Assembly: GCF_009914755.1 (NCBI RefSeq)
Contig: NC_060930.1
DNA length: 64,000 nucleotides
From: the human T2T-CHM13v2.0 reference genome, Homo sapiens
Direction: 5' to 3' (one strand)
Part shown: one piece after another, positions 12,673 to 24,294 of the stretch
Position numbering within the stretch: the first letter of the stretch is position 1
How the letters are laid out: the number at the start of each line of letters is the position of its first letter
Made by a program: the position numbers and the translations under genes
Notes under the pieces: model-generated
What the model was told of the DNA's origin: nothing
Seen by the model: the letters and a program-made list of their open reading frames with translations, nothing else
Databases searched by the model: none

Positions 12673-12768
12673 AAGTCCACAGAACACTGCCTGATGAACA
12701 CAGTTCTATAAGACCCAATAAAGTCGGCAAAGCACTGCTTGATAAACACCGTTCTGTAAGACACAATA
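12673..12768. repeat. Tandem duplication, 2 x 48 bp (39/48 identical)
   Basis: aagtccacagaacactgcctgatgaacacagttctataagacccaata / aagtcggcaaagcactgcttgataaacaccgttctgtaagacacaata. Confidence 0.9.
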
Positions 12769-13599
12769 TAGGACTTTAAATCGTTGTAACATGAAGGACT
12801 AAGAAAGGCAAATGAAGTAAAGGAGGAAAAACAAATACTTGAAAATACTGCATTTCTTTTAAAGAATCATGACAACATTAGACAGAGGTGAAATTGCAGC
12901 ATTAGCCCGGTTACCAGTTTGAGCAGGACACTGATAATGAGCAACATCTGGGTTCTATTTCTGGCTGTGCTCTTTGACCCAGTCATTTAATCATCCAGGG
13001 TTATTTTGCACATCTCCTGATAGTACTTTACCCCAGTTGATATTTGCAATGATGTTCAGGCTGCAGTAGAGAATATGTCTCAAGTGTGTGTATATATATA
13101 CACATAGAACCCCAAAATTATGTACTGGATTTTTATATGATATAATTATGGCCTCATATTTCCTATTCATAAAATTAAAACAGCTTTATGGCAAATACAA
13201 TGAGATCATGAAGATGCTGTCTAAGGGGAAATGTGGCAATTTGGAATGTTCAGTAGTCAATTACAGACTTTTAATTTTTTATTCACTTAGCTGTTTAATT
13301 AGACAAATCCTAACCTATTCCATTTCTAATGGCTTTCCTTCTAGGCAGGCAGATGAGAATCCACTGGATCGCTCTGCTTTTAGGGTGTCTTAGTCATATA
13401 ACCCCTGCAAGTATTTTTTGTTTTGCTTTATTTTTGTTGTTTTGTTTTGTTTTAGGTGATTTTGGGCTGAGATCTGTCTGGGGGTGATTTTTTAGCACTT
13501 AATGTATGGGCTGTTGTCATCAGAGTCAGGTGTACCCTTCTGCTCTTCTCAAGATTTATAACAGGGTCTCCTGTTCACTAATTCACAGAGCACAGCTAG

Positions 13600-14078
13600 A
13601 GCTGCATTTATTGGGTAGTGAACATATCCCTCTTTAGAGACGGTGAATGCTCTGTTCTCTCTTAATAGAAACCAGCTACAGGGCATGCACCGTGGTGGTG
13701 GCAGTGATATGTTGAATCCCTGTTCCCAGGGGATGTCCGCTTTCTATCTGCAGCTTTAATGTTTCACTTAATATCCTCTTTGGCTACTGAGCGCACTCCT
13801 CTCCCGCAGCCGGCAGCGCTTGGCTGCTCGACAACTTCCTTCATTTCTGGCCATGCCGGGCTGAGCAAGTGCTGCCTGTGAGCATCTGCTGGGGGGCTTT
13901 CTCTGTGGCGTTTGTCTGTGTTTTTTAAATTGAGAAGTTGAAGGAATACCAGCCTCCTTTTTCCTAGAACCTAACCCCCTGTATCTTTCAAATGCTTTCC
14001 TGGAAACGAGCATGCTCAGAGAACTGACAAATCATTGTCCAGTGACCGGGAGGAAATGATCGTTGCTCTTCATTTATA
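13600..14078 (+). promoter_or_regulatory. Putative internal promoter and 5' leader of G-utrophin
   Basis: Local GC/CpG enrichment (about 6 CpGs in 13790-13860, e.g. gagcgcactcctctcccgcagccggcagcgc) in an AT-rich, CpG-depleted intron. No recognisable repeats, and directly upstream of the 48-codon ORF. The exact TSS is not determinable from sequence. Confidence 0.6.
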
Positions 14079-14079
14079 A
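13853..14079 (+). other. Upstream ORFs in the G-utrophin leader: 13853-13864 (MPG*), 13992-14027 (MLSWKRACSEN*), 14012-14059 (MLRELTNHCPVTGRK*), 14056-14079 (MIVALHL*)
   Basis: Read directly from the sequence. Function depends on the TSS lying upstream of them. Confidence 0.55.
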
Positions 14080-14222
14080 TGCAAATTCTGAGGTGTCTCC
14101 AGAAGTGTGGTAAACTTAAAATGATGGCTGTGGTGAGAACATCTCTGCAGAAAGTTGTGGTTTTGTTGCATCGCTTACAAAGGATGGCAGTTTCTTCTCC
14201 TCGGTATCAGAAGCTCTGTAAG
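14079..14222 (+). CDS. UTRN: Coding part of the alternative first exon of G-utrophin/Up113 (unique 48-aa N-terminus MQILRCLQKCGKLKMMAVVRTSLQKVVVLLHRLQRMAVSSPRYQKLCK)
   Basis: ATG 14079-14081, then 48 open codons ending AAG|gtaact (phase-0 donor, same phase as the 7901 donor, so both can splice in frame to the same downstream exon). In-frame upstream stop TGA 14025-14027. It lies in the intron equivalent to DMD intron 55, which hosts the Dp116 promoter. G-utrophin is known to have a 48-aa unique N-terminus, and the peptide matches my recollection of it. Confidence 0.9.
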
Positions 14223-17200
14223 GTAACTGAGTGATTGAAAATAAGGATCTCGGGTGTCTGACAGTTCTACTGTTTCTCAGGCTCTAAAAACTAATCTTTC
14301 AGGTTCTTATCAAGGAAAGATTCCCTTTCTTAGTAACTGATTGTGAAAGCTGTTAAAGTGAATTGCATAATTACATTTTGTTTAAAAATCTAAAACAGGT
14401 TTTAGTTTTAGTACATAGTTTCTTTTGCAATTGACACAATCTTGTCTTCTGAGATGGGCTAGTGAAATGTTTGGAGAAAATATGATGCAAAACTACTACA
14501 TTCATTAAGACCTGTTACCTCTCTGGTACTTTGCAGTATCTTAATAGTGAATGGCACATTAATCTTATGTAAATTTTAGTAAAATTAAAAGAAGAGTGCC
14601 AAATAATCTTTCAGTAGATTTTTAAAAAATGTTCCATTGTTTTATAGCTAATTGCTTTTTCAATTAAAACAATTAAAAGACATTTTAAAAAAATGATCAG
14701 ACTGAATTTCATCATAAAACATCCCCTATATTCTTAAATCTCCATATATTATAGTTACACTTGAAGAATTTAATTTCACTTGGATGGATGAATTAAGTAG
14801 ACTTACTGGAGACAACTTGTTTGACAGTTGCAAATTTCTAATACTACGTCATCCCGAACATAAACCATTCAATCAGCTGCTGTATTTTTTTAAGTCAGCT
14901 GTTATATGTTTGATCATAGTTTTGTTTTATTCAAACTATGTTGATACTATGTCATTACTTTTGTCAAAATTAGAGTGTTTTGATATAAAAGGAGAGAGTT
15001 ATAATAGCAATTTTTACACTACCGCAGTACTATATTCCTCCTTCCTATCATATTTTTAGTACCGTTCTCAAGAATGTATCTTGTTGCTCTGTTAGCTGCC
15101 CAAACTCATTTGTGATCAAAACAACTGCCTCTAAGAAAATATTATTTTTCTGATGATATACAGTATGGCATGTCCAGGCATCTAGATGATGCTTATATGG
15201 CAGCAGATTAAGGTGGGAAGCAGTATTCCATTAACTTTATTATATCACACTGTAATTTCTTACAATTTGGCCAATTAGATATATTGCTGTCTGGAAACTT
15301 TTTTTTTTTCCGGAAGTTTTGGGAGACAGATTCAGGTAGTGGGGTATTCTTTTCAGAAATACTTACAAGAGTTTTATTTGCATAAGAAGTTAATTAAAAC
15401 TTAATGGAGCTTAATTAATTCAGTTACAAAGATTTGTAAACCTAGTTATTTCAATGTGTTGTGTTTTGCTCTACTTCAGTGGATAAGTTTATTCTGGTAA
15501 AACATTTATGTTTTTCATGAAAAGGCAATTTTGATAATAGATAAGAAAAGCTTATTCACTAATTCATGCTATTTAATTTTTTTAACTACCAGTATGAATG
15601 TATAAAGCTTTCTTTTTTTTAAGAGCAGGGTCATTTTCCTGATCCGTTTGTGTGTGTACTTTCACAAAACCAAATATTTTTCTAAAGTCGAAGGTATTAA
15701 GTTAGTGCAAAAGATGAAACAGCAGAAGTCAAGTATTGGAGAAAGTTGCTAATTAGTTTGCTAATTCTACCGCAAATAGGCACAAGTTAAGTCACTGAAG
15801 TCATTGGATAAATTACCATCAGAAGTGCTTTTTGGGAAGACTTCTTGATTTATAATTTCCTAAAGATACCATGAAAATTTAAATGTTTAGAATAAATGTT
15901 ACTTATTTCATTTAGAGAATTAAAATTTACATTATTTGCTGTTGAAATACTATCTTCCACGTATTCTTTCCCATATGCAAAATTAACAACTGCCTGATTA
16001 ACGCAATGAGAAATGTACAATTCCAGTACATTGCAGCAGGTGTCAGTATAAGGCAGTGACATAGGAGATTTTGCCTAAAGAACTGGAAATCCAGATTAGG
16101 AAGCGGCACAATTACTATGAAATAAATAAACTAGTAACAGATAAATTTTATTTGTGTGGTTATATTTTGAAAACTGATCTAAGTTATTGAGCTATATTAA
16201 TGTAATGAAATGAAAATTTAGTTGTAGACTTAAATATTAACAGTTGCCATCTCAAATATTGATAGAGGTAGCTATACCAACCAAAAATACTTAATTGTAT
16301 TTTAATTATCAATAGTCCATGTGTCATACCTAAAAGTTTAAATGGGTTTGACATTTATTTGCTTTAAGACACTGTAAATTCCCTTCCCATTAAATTGTAA
16401 ATGCTGTCTTGACTTTCTCCTTATTCCTCCCACATTCTCTAAATTTAGTTTCTTAGAAAAAAATGCTTTAAGTTTGTGTATCTCCATAAAAATACAGAAA
16501 CAGTCTATTGTAAATACATGTAGAGACCAAAATGAATGAGAATAAAATGTGGCATAATCTGAGGGAAATTTGACTATTTAAAATTCATATTGGCATTTTG
16601 AAATTCAGTGTCTGAATATTTTTATCTTCTTTTAAATTCCTCTTGAGGATCATTCTTTTTATGTATTATTTGTTTAGTCTTTTGTTAGACTTTTCCCTCT
16701 GTGGCAGCTCGTCTTTTCTGCTTATTTTCATACTTCTCTTGTTTGTCAGAAGATAGTGTGTGTGTTACACGAGTAGATACTTGTGTAGAATATTCTCATT
16801 TTGTGGGTTTTCTTGTATGTTTCAAAGAGAAGGGAGGAATGAAAAAAGGCATGTCACAGCTCTCAGAGTTAAAATATACTCCCCTCCCACAATCTATTTA
16901 CACATTCACGTGTATTTTTTGCCTTTAAAAATATTTCTTCTCGGTTATACATCCAATAAAATTTGAGCAGGAAGCAAAAACGTAAGTGCTGCTTACTTGG
17001 AGATATAATTAGCAGCATTGAAATTGCCCTGATGACCTAAAATCACCCTACACTGGATGCTAATTTTCTCAGATATGGTTTTGTTTGCTTAGTTTCTTTA
17101 AAATTTTCATGCCTATAAAATAATTTTTCTTTTAGTAGAGCACAGTAGAAAAAAAGCTGATGTAAATGATTTGAAAAATAATATTGAATTTAATTTGTTT

Positions 17201-20200
17201 TTATTGTTACGTGATTACTTTGGGGTGTTTTATATCATGAAGTCTTTAGATTAGAACTGGGTTATTTGTGTTAATGTTAAATCAGAAGAGATTTTTGTAA
17301 GTCCTCCTTATTTTTTTCTTAGTGCCAATTTCTGTAAAATATTTAGCAATTGAGGGCATGGTAAAAAGCAGTTTCCTGTAAAGTAGATTGGGATATGAAC
17401 ATTATAGAAAAATGAGAAAAATTTAAAAATATTTAGTGCTGTAAATTGACTCCTTCGTGACTCAGGCATTTTAGAAAATGTTGATTTAAGTGATATAACT
17501 TCTATTTGCTTGAATGTATATGTAAATCATTTTAGTTTAAGTGGTTTTAGTCACCCCCCAAACTATTCTGATCATATTTCTTCAGCAAAAATCTTTTAAA
17601 CATCTAGCTGTATATAGATGTGTATTCATTTAAAAATTATACATATATGCCATGGTGAAATCATGTATTAAATATTAGTAGTGTATAATTTTGTTCTTAC
17701 TTTCTACTGTTGCCTTTTTGTACCACAGTTGATTCTTTTTCTCTATGTGGTATACACAACACGATTTTGGTGACTAGTCATTTACATACAGAGTGAAACT
17801 ATGGCTATTCTTAGCCTGGCCTTCTAGGGGGCTTGAGCTTTCAGTGTGGTGCTGATCTCAAAGTCTTCCCCGGAATACTGTGTCTTCTGTGGTATTAAAG
17901 CAACTACTTCTGAATATTCTGTGAAAAATAGAAGAGACCAGAAGATTCCACCTGGGAAGTCACGATTGACCAGTGATGTCTACAAAAGGCTTGCTTTGTG
18001 GCTGTGTGTGTGTGTTTTCATGTGTGGACGTGGACAACACAGAACTATGTAGTTGCTTGTAGTGCTAATGAGTAAATAGATAATGAACATGAAGGCACAT
18101 TAATCTCTCAGCAGGTTTTTATGTTCACTGATGAAGTAAGGTCACATATTATTTTTCATCTACATGTACAGCTCCCTGTATTTAGAGGTAGTTAAGGTTG
18201 AGTATGTGGTTTTTTAGAAGACACTGAATGGAGTGGTGTATTTTCGACCGGTTGAATTTTGTATTTTTTACTCTCAAACATTTCCCCACCTTTTTTTCAC
18301 AGGAGAACCCTGCTCTCCTTGGACAATTAAATCCTGAAGTGATCCAGGGCAATGGAGATTTACTTTAACATGATCTGATTGTTGAGATGTGTGTATTTTA
18401 AGGTCAACTCTTGGATTCCCTCAGTTTCTCTCAATAACCAACTCATACATAGATTGTTTGAACCATGGAGCTCAGAGTCATGACCCTCTAGTCTGCAAGT
18501 TAGAATTCCCACTTGATCATATGAGTTGTCTCTTCTTGGCTTCATGAGAAAGTCTTGGTTAGATTAGTACAGAAACTGTGTGAAGGTTGAGGTTTAATGG
18601 AGAAAAATGGCGTATGTAGATGGGTTTGCCTCCATCTAACCCTCTCTATGGATGCTGTAGGTGTGTTTCCTGGGAGCTGTATGGATACCCACACAGACTA
18701 CTTTCTCTACTCTGCGTTTGTTTCTGCACTTCCTAGTCAGGTCAAGATTACAGACAAAAGTGAGACGGGATCAAGGAGAAAACACCTGCACCCCTGCCTG
18801 CCACTATCAGACATGATTCCTGTGGCTTCCAAGAGCACAAGTGCCATTTTAGAAAGCTCTTGGACCTCTGTTTTGCTGTAGTTCCCCAAGTTGATATGTG
18901 TTGTCAAAATTATGTTTTTAAAAAGTTATCCAATTAACTAACATTTTCTTAATCAGAAAACTCATGCTATCAATGACTTGGATAAAGTCAATATAATTAG
19001 CTAAAAACAGTATAATTAGATCTGATGCAATGCTTTGTCACTCACTTAAAGAATAACTAATACATTCTATAAGGTAGCATTTTAAAATTCTTTTATAGCC
19101 AAGATATCATTATCATTGGTGTATGTCTAGAAGTGTAATACTAGTACAAATCCGGAACAAATAGAAGGTCCTTCTGAGATGGAGTTGAAGTAGTATTAAG
19201 GATACGGATAAAAGGTCTCTTTTATTTGTAGAGTATTATTTGATAATTGTAACTTAAAGGGTTGATGATTTGTGTTTTCCTAGAGGCAAAGTTTATTAAA
19301 TTTCAAGTGGAAATTTCCTAGCTGTAGGTACTGCTAGATTTTAAATGTGCAGACATAGCTCCTTCCTCTTACTCTTAACTGTGATCACTACCAACTTCTC
19401 TTAGTATATTTGGTAGTTTATTTTTAGTTCTCTAAAATAAGTAATTAGTAGAGTTCCTACCATAGAGATAAAAGAATGTAGAAAATGTTATGCCTTGGTA
19501 GCTTTCTCAGTTTCACAAAGCTTATTCATTTCTGGGCGAGGTAAATGAGTCCAAATAATTGAAACTGGAAAGGATGTGAAGTGCATCAGAGGGTTGCTTT
19601 TCATTTTTCATCTTCTAGTTTGTTCAGTTCTGTGGAACTCTAAAAAGATTAATTTATAACAAAGCTCACTTATAAAAGCAGACAGTGCCTTTTAGTGCTT
19701 AATAAATAATAGGCTTATGTGAAAGTATGGCTTCATAAAGTTAAGCAAGAATTTTGGAAAAACATCAAATGGAAGAAGATGTTGAACTGTTTGCACAATA
19801 GACAACTATTTTGTTTTTATTTTAACAGAATTGAGAGAAAAATGGCTGACTACAACAATAGAATAACTGTTAGCTGTTATGATGGGAAAATATCTTGATA
19901 CTGCTAGTACAGTTTCCTTACATTTTTAGTATTTTAGAGTTTACAATGTGTTTTCTCATATATTACATCATTAATAAATGTAATATTAACAATATTATAT
20001 TATCTTGTGTCCTTAAGAGATAGATAGGAAAGAAATTTGTTTTGCAAGTCAGCAAGTGAAGGAACATGCCAGTAGTTAGTTGCTCAGCTAGTATGCGGTG
20101 CAGCTTGTGTTCAACATAGATTTTCTGCTTCAATAGCCAGTGTCTCTCTACCTGTAATTTTAGATAGAGAATTTTTGGAATTATATTGGGATAAAATGGG

Positions 20201-20476
20201 TCACTCAGTATAGAAGATATAGAAAGAGAGATTACATTAACTAAGTAATAGATATTGTTTTGTTCTGAATTATTTCCATATGCATTTCCTTGTCTAAAGA
20301 AATTTCACCTGCAGTCTCCTTTAAAACATGAGCTGGAGCATGAGAACATTCCATGTTCCTTTAAAACATGGAATTCTGGAGAATGAGGAGATGTTGGAAA
20401 TCATCTGATTCAACCATTTCATTTTGGACATAAGGAAACAGAGATAGTCTATAATGGATGTTTTATTGCTGACAGC

Positions 20477-20749
20477 TTTTTTTTTTTCTTTTTTTGAGAC
20501 AGGGTCTCTGTCACACAGGCTGGAGTACAGTGGTGCTATCATGGCTCACTGCAGCCTTGACCTCCTGGGCTCAAGCTATCCTCCCGCCTCAGCCTCTCGA
20601 GTAGCTGGGATCACAGCTACTGTGCATGCCACCACACCGGGCTAATTTTTTTGTATTTTTTTTGTGGAGACAGGGCCTCACTATGTTGCGCCGGCTGGTC
20701 TCAAACTCCTGAGCTCAAGCAATCTGCCTGCCTCGGCCTTCCAAAGTTC
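20477..20749 (-). mobile_element. AluJ, 5'-truncated
   Basis: AluJ diagnostics (atcatggctcactgcagccttgacctcctgggctcaag); TSD ctgacag(c)tttt on both sides. Confidence 0.88.
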
Positions 20750-21324
20750 CTGACAGTTTTGAGCAGGTGGCTATGTACTTGTTTTCCTAGAAGTTTAAAA
20801 GTAAGGAAATATATTCTTTTCAAAACTATTTCGATGTTCGATGTTCAAGTATTGGCTATATAATGTTAAGGAAATAAAGATTTTTAAAAATGAGTTCATT
20901 TTGCACTTTCATAAGAAAGATGGATTGGGTCATTTCCATCCATATTAAAATAGTTGGTTCTGGTTTTTGATTTATAACTTAATTTGGTTTGATTCTTAAC
21001 AGTACAAACGTTAAATTATGTGTTCATTGAACCCAGTTCTCCATACCCACATGTAGTTTTTTATCATTATATTTAAAAGGACATAATAGCTCCCTAAGAA
21101 AGAAACTGAAAGGAGTCAACTAACTTAACAGACTGAGTTGTTTAAAATAAGAAATATGTATATATTTTTAAAAAATTTAATTCAAAGAACATGTATTGAA
21201 TGGCTGTCATGCATCAGAGATATGTGCTAAGCAGCATAAATGTAAAATGCAGTGTTGCATTTTCCATGGGAAACAAGGAAGTACAAATATGTTGTTCTGA
21301 GGAATTTTAGTCGTTCACACGAGT

Positions 21325-21461
21325 CTAGCGTGAGACTAAATTCAAACAGTTCTGGCTTTGCCACTTACCAGTTATGTAACCTTGGCAAATCCTTCCACAT
21401 CTCTGTGTTTCAGTTCCCTTTTCAGAAGATAGGGTTGGAATTAGTCTCTCTCTCTCTCTCA

Positions 21462-21498
<37 letters not shown>

Positions 21499-21610
21499 TG
21501 CACACACACACACACATAAGGTTGTTGTAGGAGTTAAATAAGTTAATATTGATAAAATGGTAAAAACAAAGCCTGGCACATAACTGCTATGTGGGTTGGC
21601 TACTGTTGTT
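21325..21610 (+). mobile_element. MIR with internal (CT)n(CA)n microsatellite at about 21445-21516
   Basis: tctggctttgccacttaccagttatgtaaccttggcaaat..gttgttgtaggagttaaataagttaat..gcctggcacata. Confidence 0.8.
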
Positions 21611-22942
21611 ACCGTTACCACTATTGGTAGGATTATTCTCCCACCTTGATTGAGTGTGGATCAAATGAGATGATCCACCTGACATGCCTAGCACAGTCTC
21701 ATGTCTCTTGGTTGTGGTGATGGCATCATAATCTTCATTATCTTTATCTCTGAAGTAACCCTTACATCTTAACAAGGATGTTCACATTACAGTCGCCCAG
21801 AGAATTTTTCCAAAGGATTCATGCCCCTGCAGACTTTGACTCACTGGGGTTCAGATGCACCCTGGTCACCCCACTGCGAAGATGCCATAAACTCCTGCTT
21901 TCAACAGTGAAGGAGAAAATAAATCTTTGAAATTTTCCCTGGGGTTGTTATTTTCTCTGAGTCTCAGCTTGAGGAAATGCAAGAAAAAACTTCCCTTGAC
22001 CAGTGGGGCTTGTGATAGAAGATCCTGTAGGATGCTCCTCAATTTATGAAGCCTTTTCTGGATTATAGATTAGGCTCTGAGATGGCCCCTAAAAATCTAG
22101 TTAACCCACAAAGAAACTGATATAATGCTGATTGACATAAAACCTCATATTAAAAAGAATCCTATTCCATTGCCAGAAACTAAACAAAGCAAAGGAAAGA
22201 AGTCGTCTTTACTGTGAGTGATACAGGAGGAAAAACAAACATGGTTGCTTAGTAGAGGATGGAAAGAAATACTGAGAATTTTAAATGTACTTCTGGAAAG
22301 TATACATTTTAAGAATTATGCTTTTTGGTGCCATCAGTTTTGAGTCTAAACTCACCCCCCAAAATCCGAATTTAGTATTCTTGGTATAAATCTAGTATTA
22401 ATTATAGCCGGAAAAAAAAAGTTCTTGATTCTTGGCTCAAAAATTTTATAAAATGAAGAATTTTCCTTTTTCTTCAGGGTAAATGTTGCAAGAGTTAAAG
22501 AGGTAGAGAAAAGGGGGAACTTTTTTAGTTGAAAACATTATCTGATTGTGTATTTACTCTGGGTTCAGAATTTTAAAAGTCTAGAGTGTAGCTGCACCTA
22601 CCCTGGCATCCTGCAGGCTAGGGTGGTTGTAATATAGAAGTACGGGAAATGCAATTTGCTCTGTAGCTTTATTCTAGGATTTTATAGCCTTCCTTTTACA
22701 CTTTACACATCGTGAATGCTTTGTAGGTCATGAATGCTTTTTTTATGTCTTATATTGTGACTTTTTTAAAACAATGTAAATAAAATTCTATTGAGTGGCT
22801 GCACCATAATTTATTCAGGGAACCCACTATGGTTAGGTAACTAGGTTGTTACCAATGTTCTCATGATAAATAATTCTATGATCCTTATACATCATTAAGT
22901 GCATCCTGATTATGTCCAGGGTACGTTATTAGAATAGCATAA

Positions 22943-23284
<342 letters not shown>

Positions 23285-23745
23285 AATGAAAAGCTTTTGA
23301 TATTTATTGCCGGATTTCCATCTTGCAAGGTAGCACCTGTTTACATAACCACTACCAGCTTGAATGCCTGATTTCTTGTACCCTCACAGACAATAGGCAA
23401 TACCAATTAAAAATATTTTATGAAGTTGTTAGATGAAAATCATAACCCTGTTATAGAATATAAACGGAAACCTAGTCAAGTTGAATGATTTACCTGTGTG
23501 GGATCAAATATTCTATCCCAGAACTGTCTGAATTTCAGATACTGAGAACCCAGTCACTGTAGTTTCTAAAATGGGATGCAACAAATACAGTATAATAAAA
23601 CTAGAAGTTGTTTGAACACAGAAGAAGGGGCAGTAAAATCTGAATTTAAAATGTCAGAGAAGTGTTAGTACTAATATGGATCTTGAGGAGTAGATAGAAT
23701 TTTAGTAGAGCAGAAAACTCTGCGAATAGACTGAATGAGTAAACT

Positions 23746-24294
23746 TGTTACCAGAATGCAAAGTCTTGACTGGGAGCTGTCCACGTTCTTGGCGCAATGA
23801 ACAAAGAATTGAACAAAATGCACAAACAAAGCAACAAAAGAATGAAGCAATGAAAGCACAGATTTTTTGAAAGAAAAGTACACTCCACAGAGTGGGAATG
23901 GGCTTGAGCAGGTGGCCCAAAAGCCCTGATTGCAATTTGCTTTAGGGATTTTATTAAACTAAAAAAATTTGGTGACACCCCTAGGTACCCTTAGAGGCCT
24001 CCAATTGGTTACAACACCCTATATGAAAGAAGGATTGGCCTGTGACCAATCATAGGCTGAAGTGAAGCCTTGGCTTGCGACCAATCAGAGGCTGAAGGTA
24101 AGCTTTGGCCTGCAACCAATCAGAGGCATTTCCCATTTGTAGGCTAGGGTAGAGGGATTTTGTAAAGAGGGGAGTCTCTGGCCTCTTCTCACTTGGGCAT
24201 GGAGAGATGGGGTTTTCCTTTTGGCCCAATTCCAAGAACTCAGCCATGACTTGGCCTTAGTCTGCCTGTCTCCAGACCCTATTCTTCTGCCTCA
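23746..24294 (-). mobile_element. ERV1 solo LTR, MER51 family
   Basis: The reverse complement starts tgaggcagaagaatagggtctggagacagg (MER51-type 5' end) and ends ..ggtaaca; tandem ccaatca(g/t)aggc boxes. Confidence 0.8.

Noticed and set aside
13768-14013. 81-aa minus-strand ORF across the internal promoter
   Set aside because: Expected from local GC richness; no recognisable protein.
18270-18420. Strong-looking acceptor ccccacctttttttcacag|g as a cryptic exon
   Set aside because: No convincing downstream donor and no utrophin-like coding sequence.
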